Assembly: GCA_963801935.1 (NCBI GenBank)
Contig: CAWDHA010000009.1
Coordinates: 4,609 to 68,608 of the forward strand
Source: an uncultured delta proteobacterium
Lineage (GTDB): Bacteria; Desulfobacterota; Binatia; UBA9968
Direction: 5' to 3'
DNA: 64,000 bases
The notes beneath the pieces are model-generated. The model searched no databases, was not told where the DNA came from, and saw nothing but the letters and a program-made list of their open reading frames with translations. Of this stretch, positions 1 through 12,253 are shown one piece after another. Every line of letters starts with the position of its first letter. Within the stretch, counting starts at the first letter, position 1. The translations under genes and the position numbers were made by a program.

Positions 1-657
1 TGGCTCCTGCTGGTCAAAGATCTGACTTTGGAATGGCGCCGGCACGAAAGCGTCATGACCATGTTTTTTTTCGGCGCGCTGCTGCTGTTCGTGTTCAACT
101 TTTCCTTTGATCTCTCTCCCGAGAAGGTAAGCGAGTTGACCCCGGCACTGCTGTGGCTGGCTTTTCTGTTCACCGGCACCCTGGGATTGACGCAACTATT
201 CGAGGCCGAGCGCGAAAATCACGGCCTTGACGCGCTCTTGATGTCGCCCATGGACCGGGGCGCGCTATTTCTCGCCAAGACATGTTTTAACGTTATTTTA
301 ATGGTGCTCGTCGAGCTGGTCGTGATGCCGCTCTTCTGGATCCTGTTCAATCTGCCTTCGTGGCAGCCGCTGCCGCGATTATTTTTGATCGCGTTTCTCG
401 GCACCGTCGGCTTCTGCGTGCTCGGCACCATCCTCTCGGCGCTGACGCTCAAGGCGCGGGCGCGGGAACTTTTGCTGCCGCTGGTGCTTTTTCCGCTGAT
501 GGTGCCGGTGATTCTCGCAACGATCCGCTGTATGGAGGCGTTGCTGCGCCTCGGCGAACTGGGCGAGGCGTTACCCTGGTTGCGACTTCTCATCGGATTT
601 GATGTGATATTTCTTACCGTCGGAATTTTGATCTTTGATTGGGTCGTCGATGTTTAA
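1..657 (+). CDS. ccmB: Heme exporter permease CcmB (5' end lies upstream of the window)
   Basis: The frame is open from base 1 (WLLLVKDLTLEWRR...), so the listed TTG at 28 is not the true start. Polytopic membrane ORF directly upstream of ccmC/D/E/F in canonical System I order. Confidence 0.8.
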   Translation, partial: WLLLVKDLTLEWRRHESVMTMFFFGALLLFVFNFSFDLSPEKVSELTPALLWLAFLFTGTLGLTQLFEAERENHGLDALLMSPMDRGALFLAKTCFNVILMVLVELVVMPLFWILFNLPSWQPLPRLFLIAFLGTVGFCVLGTILSALTLKARARELLLPLVLFPLMVPVILATIRCMEALLRLGELGEALPWLRLLIGFDVIFLTVGILIFDWVVDV

Positions 658-671
658 AATGGTGAGTCGCA

Positions 672-1370
672 ATGGCGCAGGCTACACGGAATAAGTCAAA
701 AGGAATTCTCGGAACCAGCGCCCTGGTGTTTATCGTCGCCGGGCTCTACTGGGGCTTGATCAAAGCGCCCCCGGACGCTCTTCAGGGCGACTCGCAGCGC
801 ATCATGTATTTGCACATCCCGAGCATTTTGGTCGCCTATCTGTCCTTTTTTCTGGTGTTCGTCGGTAGCTGCCTCTATTTATGGAAAAGGGAGCCGCGCG
901 ATGACAACCTGGCTCACGGCGCCGCCGAGATCGGCGTGCTTTTTACCGCCCTTACGATTATCGAAGGCTCTATCTGGGGGCGCCCGACCTGGGGAGTGTG
1001 GTGGACCTGGGACGCGCGCTTGACGCTTACGGCGATCTTGTTATTAATATTCATCGGCTATCTGATGCTACGCGCGCTCATCGACGATGAATCCAGGGCT
1101 GCCTCGGCGGCGGCGATTCTGGGCATCATCGGCTTTCTCGATATTCCGCTGATTCATATGTCGGTCTATTGGTGGCGCACCTTGCACCAGCCGCCGTCGA
1201 TACTGCGCCCCGATAAATTGCCCTGGGAAAACATCCACCCGGAACTATTGGCCGCGCTGGCGATAAATTTCAGCGCCTTTCTGCTGCTCTATTTTTACTT
1301 GCTATCGGTTCGCCTGCGGCTTGGTGAGATGCGCCAGCAGATCAAAGCCCGGCGCATGGAGTTAAACTAA
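672..1370 (+). CDS. ccmC: Heme exporter/heme lyase subunit CcmC
   Basis: 232-aa polytopic protein carrying the tryptophan-rich WWD signature WGRPTWGVWWTWDARLT. Confidence 0.9.
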   Translation: MAQATRNKSKGILGTSALVFIVAGLYWGLIKAPPDALQGDSQRIMYLHIPSILVAYLSFFLVFVGSCLYLWKREPRDDNLAHGAAEIGVLFTALTIIEGSIWGRPTWGVWWTWDARLTLTAILLLIFIGYLMLRALIDDESRAASAAAILGIIGFLDIPLIHMSVYWWRTLHQPPSILRPDKLPWENIHPELLAALAINFSAFLLLYFYLLSVRLRLGEMRQQIKARRMELN

Positions 1371-1373
1371 GCG

Positions 1374-1508
1374 ATGACCATGTGGGGTTACACCATCTTG
1401 GCGTATGGCATCGTCTGGAGCGCGATTTTGCTCTATACGGTGCTGTTGAAAAGGCGCTACCGGGCGGCGGCAGACGAGCTCGAGCGTCTAAGCGAGGGAG
1501 ACCGATGA
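1374..1508 (+). CDS. ccmD: Small heme exporter protein CcmD (44 aa, below the ORF-track cutoff)
   Basis: Hand-translated ORF MTMWGYTILAYGIVWSAILLYTVLLKRRYRAAADELERLSEGDR. It has one TM helix plus a basic tail, its ATG lies 4 nt after the ccmC stop, and it fills the ccmC-ccmE gap where ccmD normally sits. Confidence 0.6.
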   Translation: MTMWGYTILAYGIVWSAILLYTVLLKRRYRAAADELERLSEGDR

Positions 1509-1591
1509 CTGAATGACCGGAGACCGAAGACACACGACCGGCCGGTCTGCGGTCTTCGGTCGTTGATTTCTTGAATCATGGGGATAACAAC

Positions 1592-2038
1592 ATGCAAAAG
1601 CGTAAGCGCTTCCTGATCGGCGGCCTGATCATCGTCGGCGCGTTGTCCTACATCATGTACGGCGGCATGCAAGAGGCGATGGTCTATTTCAAGATGCCTT
1701 CAGAGCTCAAAGCCGAAGAGCCGAGCGCGCGCGACAAGTTCTTGCGCATGGGCGGCATGGTGGTCAAAGGCTCGCTCCAGACGGATGTAAAAAATCTCAC
1801 CTATCGCTTCGACCTGAGCGACGGCACCGCGGCGATTCCAGTCTTTTTTAAGGGCATTCCTCCCGATCTTTTTACCGAGGGAAAAGGCGCGGTGGTCGAG
1901 GGGCGCATCGGCGCCGACGGCGTTTTCCAAGCGACGACGATCATGGCCAAGCATGCCGAGGAATACAGCCCGCACGAAGACGGCAAAGAAGGCTATCCGA
2001 AAAGCTTCGTTCCCGCCCAAGACTCAGCGAAAAAATGA
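1592..2038 (+). CDS. ccmE: Heme chaperone CcmE
   Basis: N-terminal membrane anchor, then a soluble domain ending in the AKHAEEY-type heme-binding His motif. ATG 1592 is preceded by GGGGA; the listed ORF starts earlier at TTG 1571. Confidence 0.85.
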   Translation: MQKRKRFLIGGLIIVGALSYIMYGGMQEAMVYFKMPSELKAEEPSARDKFLRMGGMVVKGSLQTDVKNLTYRFDLSDGTAAIPVFFKGIPPDLFTEGKGAVVEGRIGADGVFQATTIMAKHAEEYSPHEDGKEGYPKSFVPAQDSAKK

Positions 2039-3996
2039 CAGCTACAGTCGGCCATAGCAGTATTATTTTAGCGTTGCTGTGCGCACTCTGGGGCATTATC
2101 AGTCCGATCTTGAGCGCCCGGCTAGGGCAGGAGCGCTATTTCGCCGCAGCGCGCGCGGCGATTCTCGGTCAATTTGTCTTGGTGACATTGGCCGCGTCCG
2201 CGTTGATTTTCGCCCTGGTTACAACCGATTTTTCACTCCGCTATGTCGCTTCCAATACCACCAGAGCAACGCCAATTTACTACCGGGTCACCGGACTCTG
2301 GGGCGCGCTCGAAGGCTCGTTACTCCTGTGGGAATGGATTTTGATCATTTTCTCAGCCATCGTCGCCTGGGTCTATCGCCGGCGCCACCGCGAGCTCATG
2401 CCCTGGGTGTTGATGATTTTTTCCATCGTCTCGACGTTTTTTCTGATCGTCATCGGCTTTGTCTCCAATCCTTTTGAAACTCTCCTTCCCGTGCCGGCCA
2501 ACGGCCGCGGGCTCAATCCGCTGCTCGAAGACGCCAACATGATGACCCACCCGCCGCTCCTCTACACCGGCTTTGTCGGTCTCACCGTCCCGTTCGCTTT
2601 CGCCATGGCGGCGCTGATTATCGGCAAGGTCGATGAAGCCTGGATCGTCACTACCCGGCGCTGGACGATAACCGCCTGGTTTTTTTTAACCGCGGGAAAC
2701 CTGGTGGGCGCCTGGTGGTCATATCACGTGCTCGGCTGGGGCGGGTACTGGGCCTGGGATCCGGTGGAAAACGCCGCCTTCATGCCCTGGCTGCCGGCCA
2801 CGGCATTTTTGCATTCGGTCCAGGTGCAAGAGCGCCGGCGCATGCTCAAGGTGTGGAACCTCTCGCTGATCATCATTGCTTTCAGCCTGACCATCTTCGG
2901 TACTTTTCTCACGCGCTCGGGGATCCTGTCCTCGATCCACGCCTTTTCCTCCGGCCCCGTCGGCACCGTTTTCCTGGGCTTCCTCGCGTTCGTCTTGCTC
3001 GGCTCCTTCGGCTTGCTGGCTTACCGCGCGGATCTCCTGAAAGGACAGCCGGAGCTCGATTCCATGGTGAGCCGCGAGTCGGCTTTCGTACTCAACAATA
3101 TTGTTCTCGTGTCGGCGCTCTTCACGATTTTTCTCGGCACCATCTTTCCGTTGATATCCGAAGCCGTCGCCGGGGTTCAAGTTAGCGTCGGCGCGCCTTA
3201 CTTCAATTCCGTGACCATCCCGATTTTCCTATTCCTGGTTTTTCTCATGGCGGTGGGGCCGATGATCGCCTGGCGCCGCGCCAGTTGGGATAATATCAAA
3301 CGCAATTTCCTGTGGCCGGCGGTCGCTTCCTTGGCGCTCGCCCTCGGCTTGCTGATCTGGCGTATCGACCAATTCCTGCCGCTGCTCGGTTTTACCTTGC
3401 TTGGCTTTGTCGCCTTCACGATTATCTATGATACCGCGCTGGCTCTCAGCGCGCGGCGGCGCATCGCCGGCGAGGGCATGCTGCGCGGACTGGCGACGTT
3501 GATGCGGCGCAATCAACGGCGCTACGGCGGCCTGGTCGTGCACCTCGGCGTGGTTTTGATCATGTTGGGCATCGCCGGTTCGATGACCTATAGCCGCGAG
3601 CGTGAAGCCACCCTTGAACTAAATCAGAGTCTCAGCGTGGGTGATTATCGCGTTCAATTCGAAGGGCTCAGCGGCACGCAGCAACCGACGCACGTGCGCG
3701 TCGAGGGAAGCTTTCGGGTGTTTCATCGCGGGCAGGACGAAGGATTGCTCCAACCGGCGCTTAAATTCTTCCCTAACCAGCAGTCGCCGATCGGCCGGGC
3801 AACCCACCTGAGCAGTCTGGGAGAAGATATTTATCTGATTCTGTCCGGCTTCAGTGAAGTCGATCGCAACCAAGCCACCGTCAAAGTTCTGGTGCGCCCG
3901 CTAGTGGTATGGATGTGGATCGGCGGTTTTATCATCGCCATCGGAACTATGATCTGTATCTTGCCGATGACAAAGCCGGCCGAACGAGACGTTTGA
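2035..3996 (+). CDS. ccmF: Cytochrome c heme lyase subunit CcmF
   Basis: 653-aa polytopic protein with WWD motif WGGYWAWDPVENAAFMPWL. ATGA overlap with the ccmE stop. Confidence 0.9.
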   Translation: MTATVGHSSIILALLCALWGIISPILSARLGQERYFAAARAAILGQFVLVTLAASALIFALVTTDFSLRYVASNTTRATPIYYRVTGLWGALEGSLLLWEWILIIFSAIVAWVYRRRHRELMPWVLMIFSIVSTFFLIVIGFVSNPFETLLPVPANGRGLNPLLEDANMMTHPPLLYTGFVGLTVPFAFAMAALIIGKVDEAWIVTTRRWTITAWFFLTAGNLVGAWWSYHVLGWGGYWAWDPVENAAFMPWLPATAFLHSVQVQERRRMLKVWNLSLIIIAFSLTIFGTFLTRSGILSSIHAFSSGPVGTVFLGFLAFVLLGSFGLLAYRADLLKGQPELDSMVSRESAFVLNNIVLVSALFTIFLGTIFPLISEAVAGVQVSVGAPYFNSVTIPIFLFLVFLMAVGPMIAWRRASWDNIKRNFLWPAVASLALALGLLIWRIDQFLPLLGFTLLGFVAFTIIYDTALALSARRRIAGEGMLRGLATLMRRNQRRYGGLVVHLGVVLIMLGIAGSMTYSREREATLELNQSLSVGDYRVQFEGLSGTQQPTHVRVEGSFRVFHRGQDEGLLQPALKFFPNQQSPIGRATHLSSLGEDIYLILSGFSEVDRNQATVKVLVRPLVVWMWIGGFIIAIGTMICILPMTKPAERDV

Positions 3997-4034
3997 GATG
4001 GAATCTTAAACTTGATCACTAAACTCTGTAATCT

Positions 4035-4060
4035 GGAATTTGAGATTTGCTATTCCGAGC
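4035..4060. repeat. AT-rich leader repeat (AATTTGAGATT...ATTCCGAG), copy upstream of ccmG
   Basis: The 11-nt block AATTTGAGATT (4037-4047) and ATTCCGAG recur at 55243-55258, immediately upstream of another start codon. Confidence 0.5.
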
Positions 4061-4073
4061 CGAGCGAGGACAA

Positions 4074-4640
4074 ATGCGCTGGCGCCGCGTAATCATAACC
4101 GGCTTGATCATCGCGCCGCTACTGGCGCTTTTTGCTTACGGCTTTAAGCGCGAGGCGCGTTACATCCACTCGCCGCTTATCGCCAAACCGGCGGCTCCGT
4201 TTACGATTAAATTATTCGACGGCTCGACGCTTGCTTTGGAAAATTTGCGAGGCCAGGCGGTGTTTCTTAATTTCTGGGCTTCCTGGTGCTTACCCTGCCG
4301 CGCCGAGGCTCACGACCTCGAGGCCGCGTGGCGCAAGGTTAAGAACGACCAGGTCGTCTATATCGGCGTAGCGCTGCAAGACACCGACGAAAACGCGCGC
4401 GCCTTCTTAAAGGAATTCAACGTCAGTTACCCTAACGGGCGCGATGAAAGCGGTAAGGTCGCCGTTGACTATGGCGTATGGGGCATACCCGAGAGTTTTT
4501 TTATCGATCCTCAGGGGCGCATTACCTATAAGCATACCGGCGGCATTCGCGCCGCGCTCGTGCAAAGCAAACTGGCTGAGGCTCTGGCCGGCGTTGTCAC
4601 GGCTCAAGAAGGCAAGGGCGAATTTCAACAAGTGCGTTGA
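4074..4640 (+). CDS. ccmG: Periplasmic thiol:disulfide oxidoreductase CcmG/DsbE
   Basis: Membrane anchor plus thioredoxin fold with WASWCLPC (CxxC). ATG 4074 follows GAGGA; the listed ORF begins at 4047. Confidence 0.85.
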   Translation: MRWRRVIITGLIIAPLLALFAYGFKREARYIHSPLIAKPAAPFTIKLFDGSTLALENLRGQAVFLNFWASWCLPCRAEAHDLEAAWRKVKNDQVVYIGVALQDTDENARAFLKEFNVSYPNGRDESGKVAVDYGVWGIPESFFIDPQGRITYKHTGGIRAALVQSKLAEALAGVVTAQEGKGEFQQVR

Positions 4641-4683
4641 GGCGCCAGGAGAGTTAACCGCAAAAGAACCCAAGGGACGCAAA

Positions 4684-4713
4684 GAAATTTCAAAATTCGA
4701 ATTTCGAAATTTA
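4684..4713. repeat. AT-rich TTCGAA palindrome repeat
   Basis: GAAATTTCAAAATTCGAATTTCGAAATTTA. The 20-mer AAATTCGAATTTCGAAATTT recurs at 16648-16667. It is built from the palindromes ATTCGAAT and TTTCGAAA. Confidence 0.7.
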
Positions 4714-4888
4714 TTTCGTGCTCTTCGCGACTTTCGTGGTGAAAGGTCTTTTTCTAGTTCGGTTGCGGCTTTGTCGCGCTGGGTTATTTGTGGTGATATC
4801 AAAGAATACGGCTGCCATCCGTCTTGTCTTCTCCTCCATAATCTTCCCCTTAGCAAAGCGGGAGACAAAGAGGGGGTCGAGGACAGAG

Positions 4889-6529
4889 GTGAGGGCTCTC
4901 CTCGCTGCGATGGCTCTATTGCTGCTCTTGATCAGCGCCACCTCCGTTCCCGTTTACGGCGCCGATACCGCGGCCTTGGAAGAGCAGACCCGCGCCCTAG
5001 CCGCGGAGCTGCGCTGCGTCGTCTGCCAGAATCTGTCGGTCGCCGATTCTCCTTCGGAAATGGCGCAGCAGATGCGCGCCATCGTGCGCCAGCAACTCGA
5101 GGCCGGCCAGACAGCCGAGCAGGTTAGAAACTTTTTTGTATCGAAATACGGCGAATGGGTCTTGCTGAAACCGAAAACCAGCGGCGTCAGCCTGCTCCTC
5201 TGGGTCCTGCCTTACCTTGCGCTCGGCGCCGGCGTGATCATCGGCCTGTGGTTTATCCGCCGCTGGGTCAAGAAGAAAAACACCCAAGCGTCGCTCCCCC
5301 AGGCCTCCAGCGCTCCCGATCAGCTGTCGAGCGAAATAATGTTGGAGGATGTCGAGCGACCCGCGAGCGAAGATTTGAGCCCGCGCGCCGAGCTCTTGCG
5401 CGAGCGAGCGCGGTTACGCGCCGAGTTGCGCGAGCTTGAGTTCGACTATCAGTCCGGCAAGCATTCTGAAAGCGATTTCAGCTCTCTCCGAAACGAAACT
5501 CAAGCGAAGGCTCTTGAGGTGATTGAAAAACTCGCCGCCTTGCCGGCTCAGGCGATGGCGAAAGCCGTCAAAACCGGGAGATCCGCCGGCGCGCCGGCGA
5601 AAAAAACCCAGCAGGAGCGCCGCGGCGTTCGCCGCTGGCAGCTCGCCGCCGGCGCCTGTTTTCTCTTGCTGTTCGGACTCGCTCTGGGAGTTCTGCTGAC
5701 GCAATCGTTGCGCCCCCGCCTATCGGCAGAGGATACAATCACTGGCGATTTCATGACCGGCACGAGCGGCGCTGCGACCGCGGCCCTGCTGCAACAAGGA
5801 AAGCAAGCGTTCGCCCAACAAGACTTCGCCAAAGCCATCGAGCATTTCAAACAAGTGCTGGCGCAGGAGCCGAATCAGCCTGAGGCGCATTCCTACATGG
5901 GCTTTATTTTAGTGCAGGCCGGCCATGGTGATGGGGCTTTGATGGCATTTGAAAAAGCTCTGGCAATTCAGCCGAACTTTCCGATGGCGTTATGGGGCAA
6001 AGGCATGGCGCTTTATCAAAATAAAAAGGATTACGCCGGCGCCAGAGAAACATTTGCCAAGCTTCTAAACATGATGCCGCCCGGCACTGAACGCAACGAA
6101 GTCGCCAAGGTACTGGCGGAAATTCCCGGTGCCGGTATTGCGGCGCCGGGCGCGCCAAATCCTCCGGCCGCGGCGGCGGCCGCCAGCATCCGCGGCAAAA
6201 TCACTCTGGATGAAAAGTTAAAAGCCAAACTTGACCCGAACGCCGCGCTATTTGTCATCGCACGGGCTGCCGGCGGCGCGCCCGGCGCGCCCCTCGCCGT
6301 CAAGAAGATCGACAAACCAATTTTTCCTCTCGCCTATTCTCTCGGCCAGGAAAACGTCATGATGCAGGGCACGCCGTTCACTGGAAAAATCAACGTCAGC
6401 GCGCGCCTTGATAAGGACGGCAACGCGATGACCCGTGAAGCGGGAAATCTGCTCGGCATTTATAGGAAAAATCCCGTCGACGTCGGCTCGCAAGGCGTTG
6501 ATATTATCTTGGACCAGCTCGCGCAGTAG
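4889..6529 (+). CDS. ccmH: Fused CcmH-CcmI (CycL/CycH-like) cytochrome c maturation protein
   Basis: Signal-like N-terminus, CcmH motif LRCVVCQNLSVADS, a TM segment, TPR repeats and a CcmI-type C-terminal domain. Start is GTG 4889 or ATG 4910. The first ~57 codons of the listed ORF (from 4718) read through an intergenic repeat. Confidence 0.8.
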   Translation: MRALLAAMALLLLLISATSVPVYGADTAALEEQTRALAAELRCVVCQNLSVADSPSEMAQQMRAIVRQQLEAGQTAEQVRNFFVSKYGEWVLLKPKTSGVSLLLWVLPYLALGAGVIIGLWFIRRWVKKKNTQASLPQASSAPDQLSSEIMLEDVERPASEDLSPRAELLRERARLRAELRELEFDYQSGKHSESDFSSLRNETQAKALEVIEKLAALPAQAMAKAVKTGRSAGAPAKKTQQERRGVRRWQLAAGACFLLLFGLALGVLLTQSLRPRLSAEDTITGDFMTGTSGAATAALLQQGKQAFAQQDFAKAIEHFKQVLAQEPNQPEAHSYMGFILVQAGHGDGALMAFEKALAIQPNFPMALWGKGMALYQNKKDYAGARETFAKLLNMMPPGTERNEVAKVLAEIPGAGIAAPGAPNPPAAAAAASIRGKITLDEKLKAKLDPNAALFVIARAAGGAPGAPLAVKKIDKPIFPLAYSLGQENVMMQGTPFTGKINVSARLDKDGNAMTREAGNLLGIYRKNPVDVGSQGVDIILDQLAQ

Positions 6530-6653
6530 CAGGCTGCTGAAAAAGACCCATAGGCTTCGTTGCGCTCGATCGATTTTGCGTCAACGTACAGGAGTACGCC
6601 TCCGCTCATCGTTCTTCGCGCGCCTCGCCTCTAGGCCTTTTTGAGCAGCCTGC
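6529..6653. repeat. MITE-like element, family A, short copy (125 bp)
   Basis: Terminal inverted repeats GCAGGCTGCTGAAAAAGACC (6529-6548) and GGCCTTTTTGAGCAGCCTGC (6634-6653). Internal GATTTTGCGTCAACGTAC and CGCGCGCCTCGCCTCT blocks are shared with the other copies. Confidence 0.75.
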
Positions 6654-6754
6654 TGGCCGATACGCACCGACGCCGCTTTTTGCGTTTGGAGTTATTCAGG
6701 AAGGGGATTGAAATTTTTGCTGTTGCCTAATGCCTAGTGCCTGTTGACGATGCG

Positions 6755-6928
6755 TCGAACGATTTCGCGTCAACGTACAGACTGGCAAAGCGCCAAGCGC
6801 AAAGCGTTCTCGATAGACCAGGGACGGAAGACTGGAGGGGAGTGATTCTCTACGCCATGCGCTGTGCGCCTTGCTCTATGCGCCCTCGCCCGCCTTGCCT
6901 TGCCTCTGGGCCTTTTTGAGCAGCCTGC
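6755..6928. repeat. MITE-like element, family A, copy lacking the left terminal repeat
   Basis: Shares GATTTCGCGTCAACGTAC, GCCAAGCGCAAAGCGTTCTCGATAGACCAGGGACGGAAGACTGGAGGGGAGTGATTCTCT, GCGCCTTGCTCTATGCGCC and the right TIR GGGCCTTTTTGAGCAGCCTGCG with 34927-35157 and 53827-53949. Confidence 0.7.
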
Positions 6929-6938
6929 GCGCCTGGCG

Positions 6939-7897
6939 CTACGCGCTCTGCGCTTCGCGCGCGTGCTGATTTTCTCGGACTCTCTGCCATTCGACTTCCG
7001 CCAAAATCGCGCGCGTAAGAGCTCGCGTACCGAGCCGCCTGGCCAAGGGAAACCCACCGTAGGCTTTTAGAAAAAACAACTTTTCGGAACGGCTCAGCAA
7101 TTGTCCCAGGGTCCGCCCGAGCTGGGCCAAGTTTTTGATCCTGCGGCGCTTGCTGACATAATAGCAGCGCTTGATCCCTTGCAGGTCGATCAGGCTAAAC
7201 AGCTCCGCCGCCGGCGCTTGCTCCCGGCGAATAAGAATATTCGAAGCCTTGAGGTCATTGTGGTAGATTTGCCTTCTATGCAAAGAAGCCAGCAAGCGCG
7301 CCAGCGCGAGTAAAAACTTCCGCCGTCTACGATAACCGTCGGCACCGCTTAATTGCGCGAGGTTTTCGCGCCAGAAAGCGTCTACCGTTTTTGCCTGGCG
7401 TACTTCCTCTGAAAAGTACAGGCTCTTCAGCAGCACGCCCGACCGGCGAAACTCCACTGCGGCCACCGGCTCTGCCGTATGATACCCCTCCTGTAGCAAG
7501 GTAAGCGCGCCTGCCAGCGAACGCATTGCGGCGGAAGGAAGAAAGAGAGCAGCCAGGCGATGGCGGAACGTCAGGGCGTTGTGCTGCTTGATGTAAACGT
7601 TTCTAGTATTGCCGCCGACTGACATAGGCATGAAGCCCACTTTGATCTTCCTCTCGCTTTTGATCACCCGGCATCTCGGCTGTGCGAAAGGGTCCGGCTG
7701 GCTTAGTAGCGCTAAGTCGAGTGCCCGAGCGCCGGCCGTGTAGATCTTGATCGAGGCGGCCGGTGGGTCGCGGCGGCACGGCTTCAGGATTATCTTTGAC
7801 TGGACATCGGCGCCATAGCTCATGGCAGTCCTCAGCTTACCTCCACCGTATTCATCTCGCGCCCGCTTCGGACGACAAACAGTGTTGCTCGGAGCTT

Positions 7898-7901
<4 letters not shown>
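6939..7901 (-). CDS. Lipopolysaccharide kinase (Kdo/WaaP/InaA) family protein
   Basis: Kinase catalytic-loop motif [13 protein letters not shown] typical of the LPS-kinase family. Start uncertain: TTG 7901 overlaps the clpB stop; ATG 7823 is the alternative. Confidence 0.65.
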
Positions 7902-10555
<2,654 letters not shown>

Positions 10556-10607
10556 TGTCCCTCTCCTTGAGTTTGTTCTCGGTCTAACCCGCGGCGCTCG
10601 GTCGCAA

Positions 10608-10648
10608 AGCGCCAAGCATTCGCACTCCGGCTCCAGGCGCTTGGCGCT
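10608..10648. repeat. Hairpin repeat in the clpB 5' region
   Basis: AGCGCCAAGC (10608-10617) pairs with GCTTGGCGCT (10639-10648). GCGCAAAGCG-type sequence related to family A. Confidence 0.5.
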
Positions 10649-10711
10649 ATGCTCATGCGCCTACCGCTCAAGCCATCGACAAACTAGAAAGTCAAAACCA
10701 GAAACTCAAAA

Positions 10712-11035
10712 CTATTTTCGGAGCCGGCTGCGCAGCATTTCGTTCTCGCGCTGCAGCGCACAGAATCGATCCAACAGATCTAGAATAACCCCGATACCGG
10801 CGACGTTTATGCTGAGCGATTGGCGGAGCCTTCCGGCCAGGCGCAGTCGCGTCACCGCAGAATCATCGAAGATCGAGGTCTCGCCCTCCCAGCCGACCGG
10901 CTCGATAAGGCCGCACTCAACAAAGCGTGCGACCAGCGCGGGATGCATGCCAGCGCGCTCAGCCAGAGCTTCCAGGGTTAACTGGCGCTGTTCCTGCCGG
11001 CACAGGACAATTGCGTATTGCCGCGTAGCCATCAT
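10712..11035 (-). CDS. cbpM: Chaperone modulator CbpM (MerR-fold)
   Basis: 107 aa immediately after the DnaJ/CbpA-like gene. The pattern ...SIFDDSAVTRLRLAGRLRQSLSINVAGIGVILDLLDRFCALQRENEMLRSRL parallels the E. coli CbpM layout. Confidence 0.7.
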   Translation of the reverse strand: MMATRQYAIVLCRQEQRQLTLEALAERAGMHPALVARFVECGLIEPVGWEGETSIFDDSAVTRLRLAGRLRQSLSINVAGIGVILDLLDRFCALQRENEMLRSRLRK

Positions 11036-12093
11036 TATCCTCCCGGCATCAACTCCCTGGGATTAAAGCGCGATCCGGCAGCGAGGTCAGCGTAGAGCTC
11101 CTTTTCCCGCGGTCCGAGCTGGGGCGGATTAACAATCTTGAGCCTCACATACTCATCGCCGCGTCCGCCATCTCGTCGGTTCAAACCCTGGCCGCGTAGC
11201 CGTAGCCTTTGGCCCCCCTGGGCTCCAGGTGGAATTTTCATCTCGACCGGTCCATCGAGCGTCGGCACCGGCAAACTCACCCCTAATGCGGCTTCCCAGG
11301 GAGCGACCGGTAATTCCATCTCGATGTCATTTTCACCGATCACGTTGAATAATTGATGAGCCTCAGTGCGCACGCGCAGGAAAAGGTCCCCGGCAGGCGC
11401 ACCGTTGGCGCCCGGTTCACCCTGCCCGGCGAGCCTGATGACCGAGCCCTCGCGCACCGCGGCGGGGATGGTCACCTCGAGCGATCTGGGACGGCGCACC
11501 GCGCCGGCGCCGCGGCAAGTGGGGCATGGATTCTTAGCGTCTTTCGACCCGCTGCCACGACAGTCGGGGCACGGTTCAGTCACCTGAAGATTGATGGTCC
11601 GCTTGGTGCCGCGATGCGCCTCCTCCAAAGCCAGCGGGATATCCGCTTCGATATCCTGGCCGCGCATAGAAAAACCCGCGCCGGCGCGAGCGCCGGATTG
11701 AGCGCCGCGGCGCGCGCCAAACAGAGCCTCAAAAAAATCGCTGAACCCGGCCCCACCCTGGGTGCCGCCAGCTCCGAAAATATCGCCGAAGTCGCCGTAT
11801 TGCGCTTGCCCGCCGCCCGCCGCGCCCTCTTGCCAATTTGGCGGCGGCCGGAAGTCTTCCCCGGCTTTCCAGTCGGGCCCAAGCGCGTCGTAGCGCTTGC
11901 GCTTGCCGGCGTCGGATAAAACTTCGTAAGCTTCGTTAAGCTCTTTGAATTTCTCCTCAGCGGATTTATCGCCGGGGTTTACATCCGGATGATACTTGCG
12001 CGCCAGCTTGCGATAAGCTTTCTTGATATCATCGCCGCTAGCGCTTTTGGCAACCCCGAGGACATCGTAGTAGTCTCTAAACTGAACCGCCAT
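11035..12093 (-). CDS. DnaJ-class co-chaperone (DnaJ/CbpA-like)
   Basis: J domain with YHPDVNP, a G/F-rich linker, one CxxCxGxG pair (CPDCRGSG...CPTCRGAG) and C-terminal substrate-binding domains. Confidence 0.9.
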   Translation of the reverse strand: MAVQFRDYYDVLGVAKSASGDDIKKAYRKLARKYHPDVNPGDKSAEEKFKELNEAYEVLSDAGKRKRYDALGPDWKAGEDFRPPPNWQEGAAGGGQAQYGDFGDIFGAGGTQGGAGFSDFFEALFGARRGAQSGARAGAGFSMRGQDIEADIPLALEEAHRGTKRTINLQVTEPCPDCRGSGSKDAKNPCPTCRGAGAVRRPRSLEVTIPAAVREGSVIRLAGQGEPGANGAPAGDLFLRVRTEAHQLFNVIGENDIEMELPVAPWEAALGVSLPVPTLDGPVEMKIPPGAQGGQRLRLRGQGLNRRDGGRGDEYVRLKIVNPPQLGPREKELYADLAAGSRFNPRELMPGG

Positions 12094-12174
12094 GCTTGGA
12101 TGTTTCTAGCCTGGATTAGCCGCCGAGTAAACTGCCGGAGTCGCCAGACTTTCACCACTGGCTGCTGGCGGAAA

Positions 12175-12251
12175 GCGCAAAGCGTTGGGAATTAAGAGCA
12201 CAGAGCGAAGCCAAAGTATACTGCAATTTTTTTGCGCTCTGCGCTTTGCGC
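12175..12251. repeat. Hairpin repeat in the grpE-dnaJ spacer
   Basis: GCGCAAAGCG (12175-12184) pairs with CGCTTTGCGC (12242-12251). Confidence 0.55.
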
Positions 12252-12253
12252 CG

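Noticed and set aside
6737-7070. Short ORFs translating to MRLALCALARLA.../...[10 protein letters not shown]... (also 34789-34986 and 34925-35167)
   Set aside because: They are read-throughs of the family A repeat in several frames and on both strands. The same DNA recurs in non-coding positions, so they are not protein genes.
10563-10572. CTTGAGT half-site of the HspR operator (HAIR) just upstream of clpB, and AACTCAA upstream of dnaK (14817-14823)
   Set aside because: There is no second half-site at N7 spacing. The clpB hit overlaps the RBS on the coding strand. The MerR-fold gene in the operon matches CbpM rather than HspR. No CIRCE element was found either.
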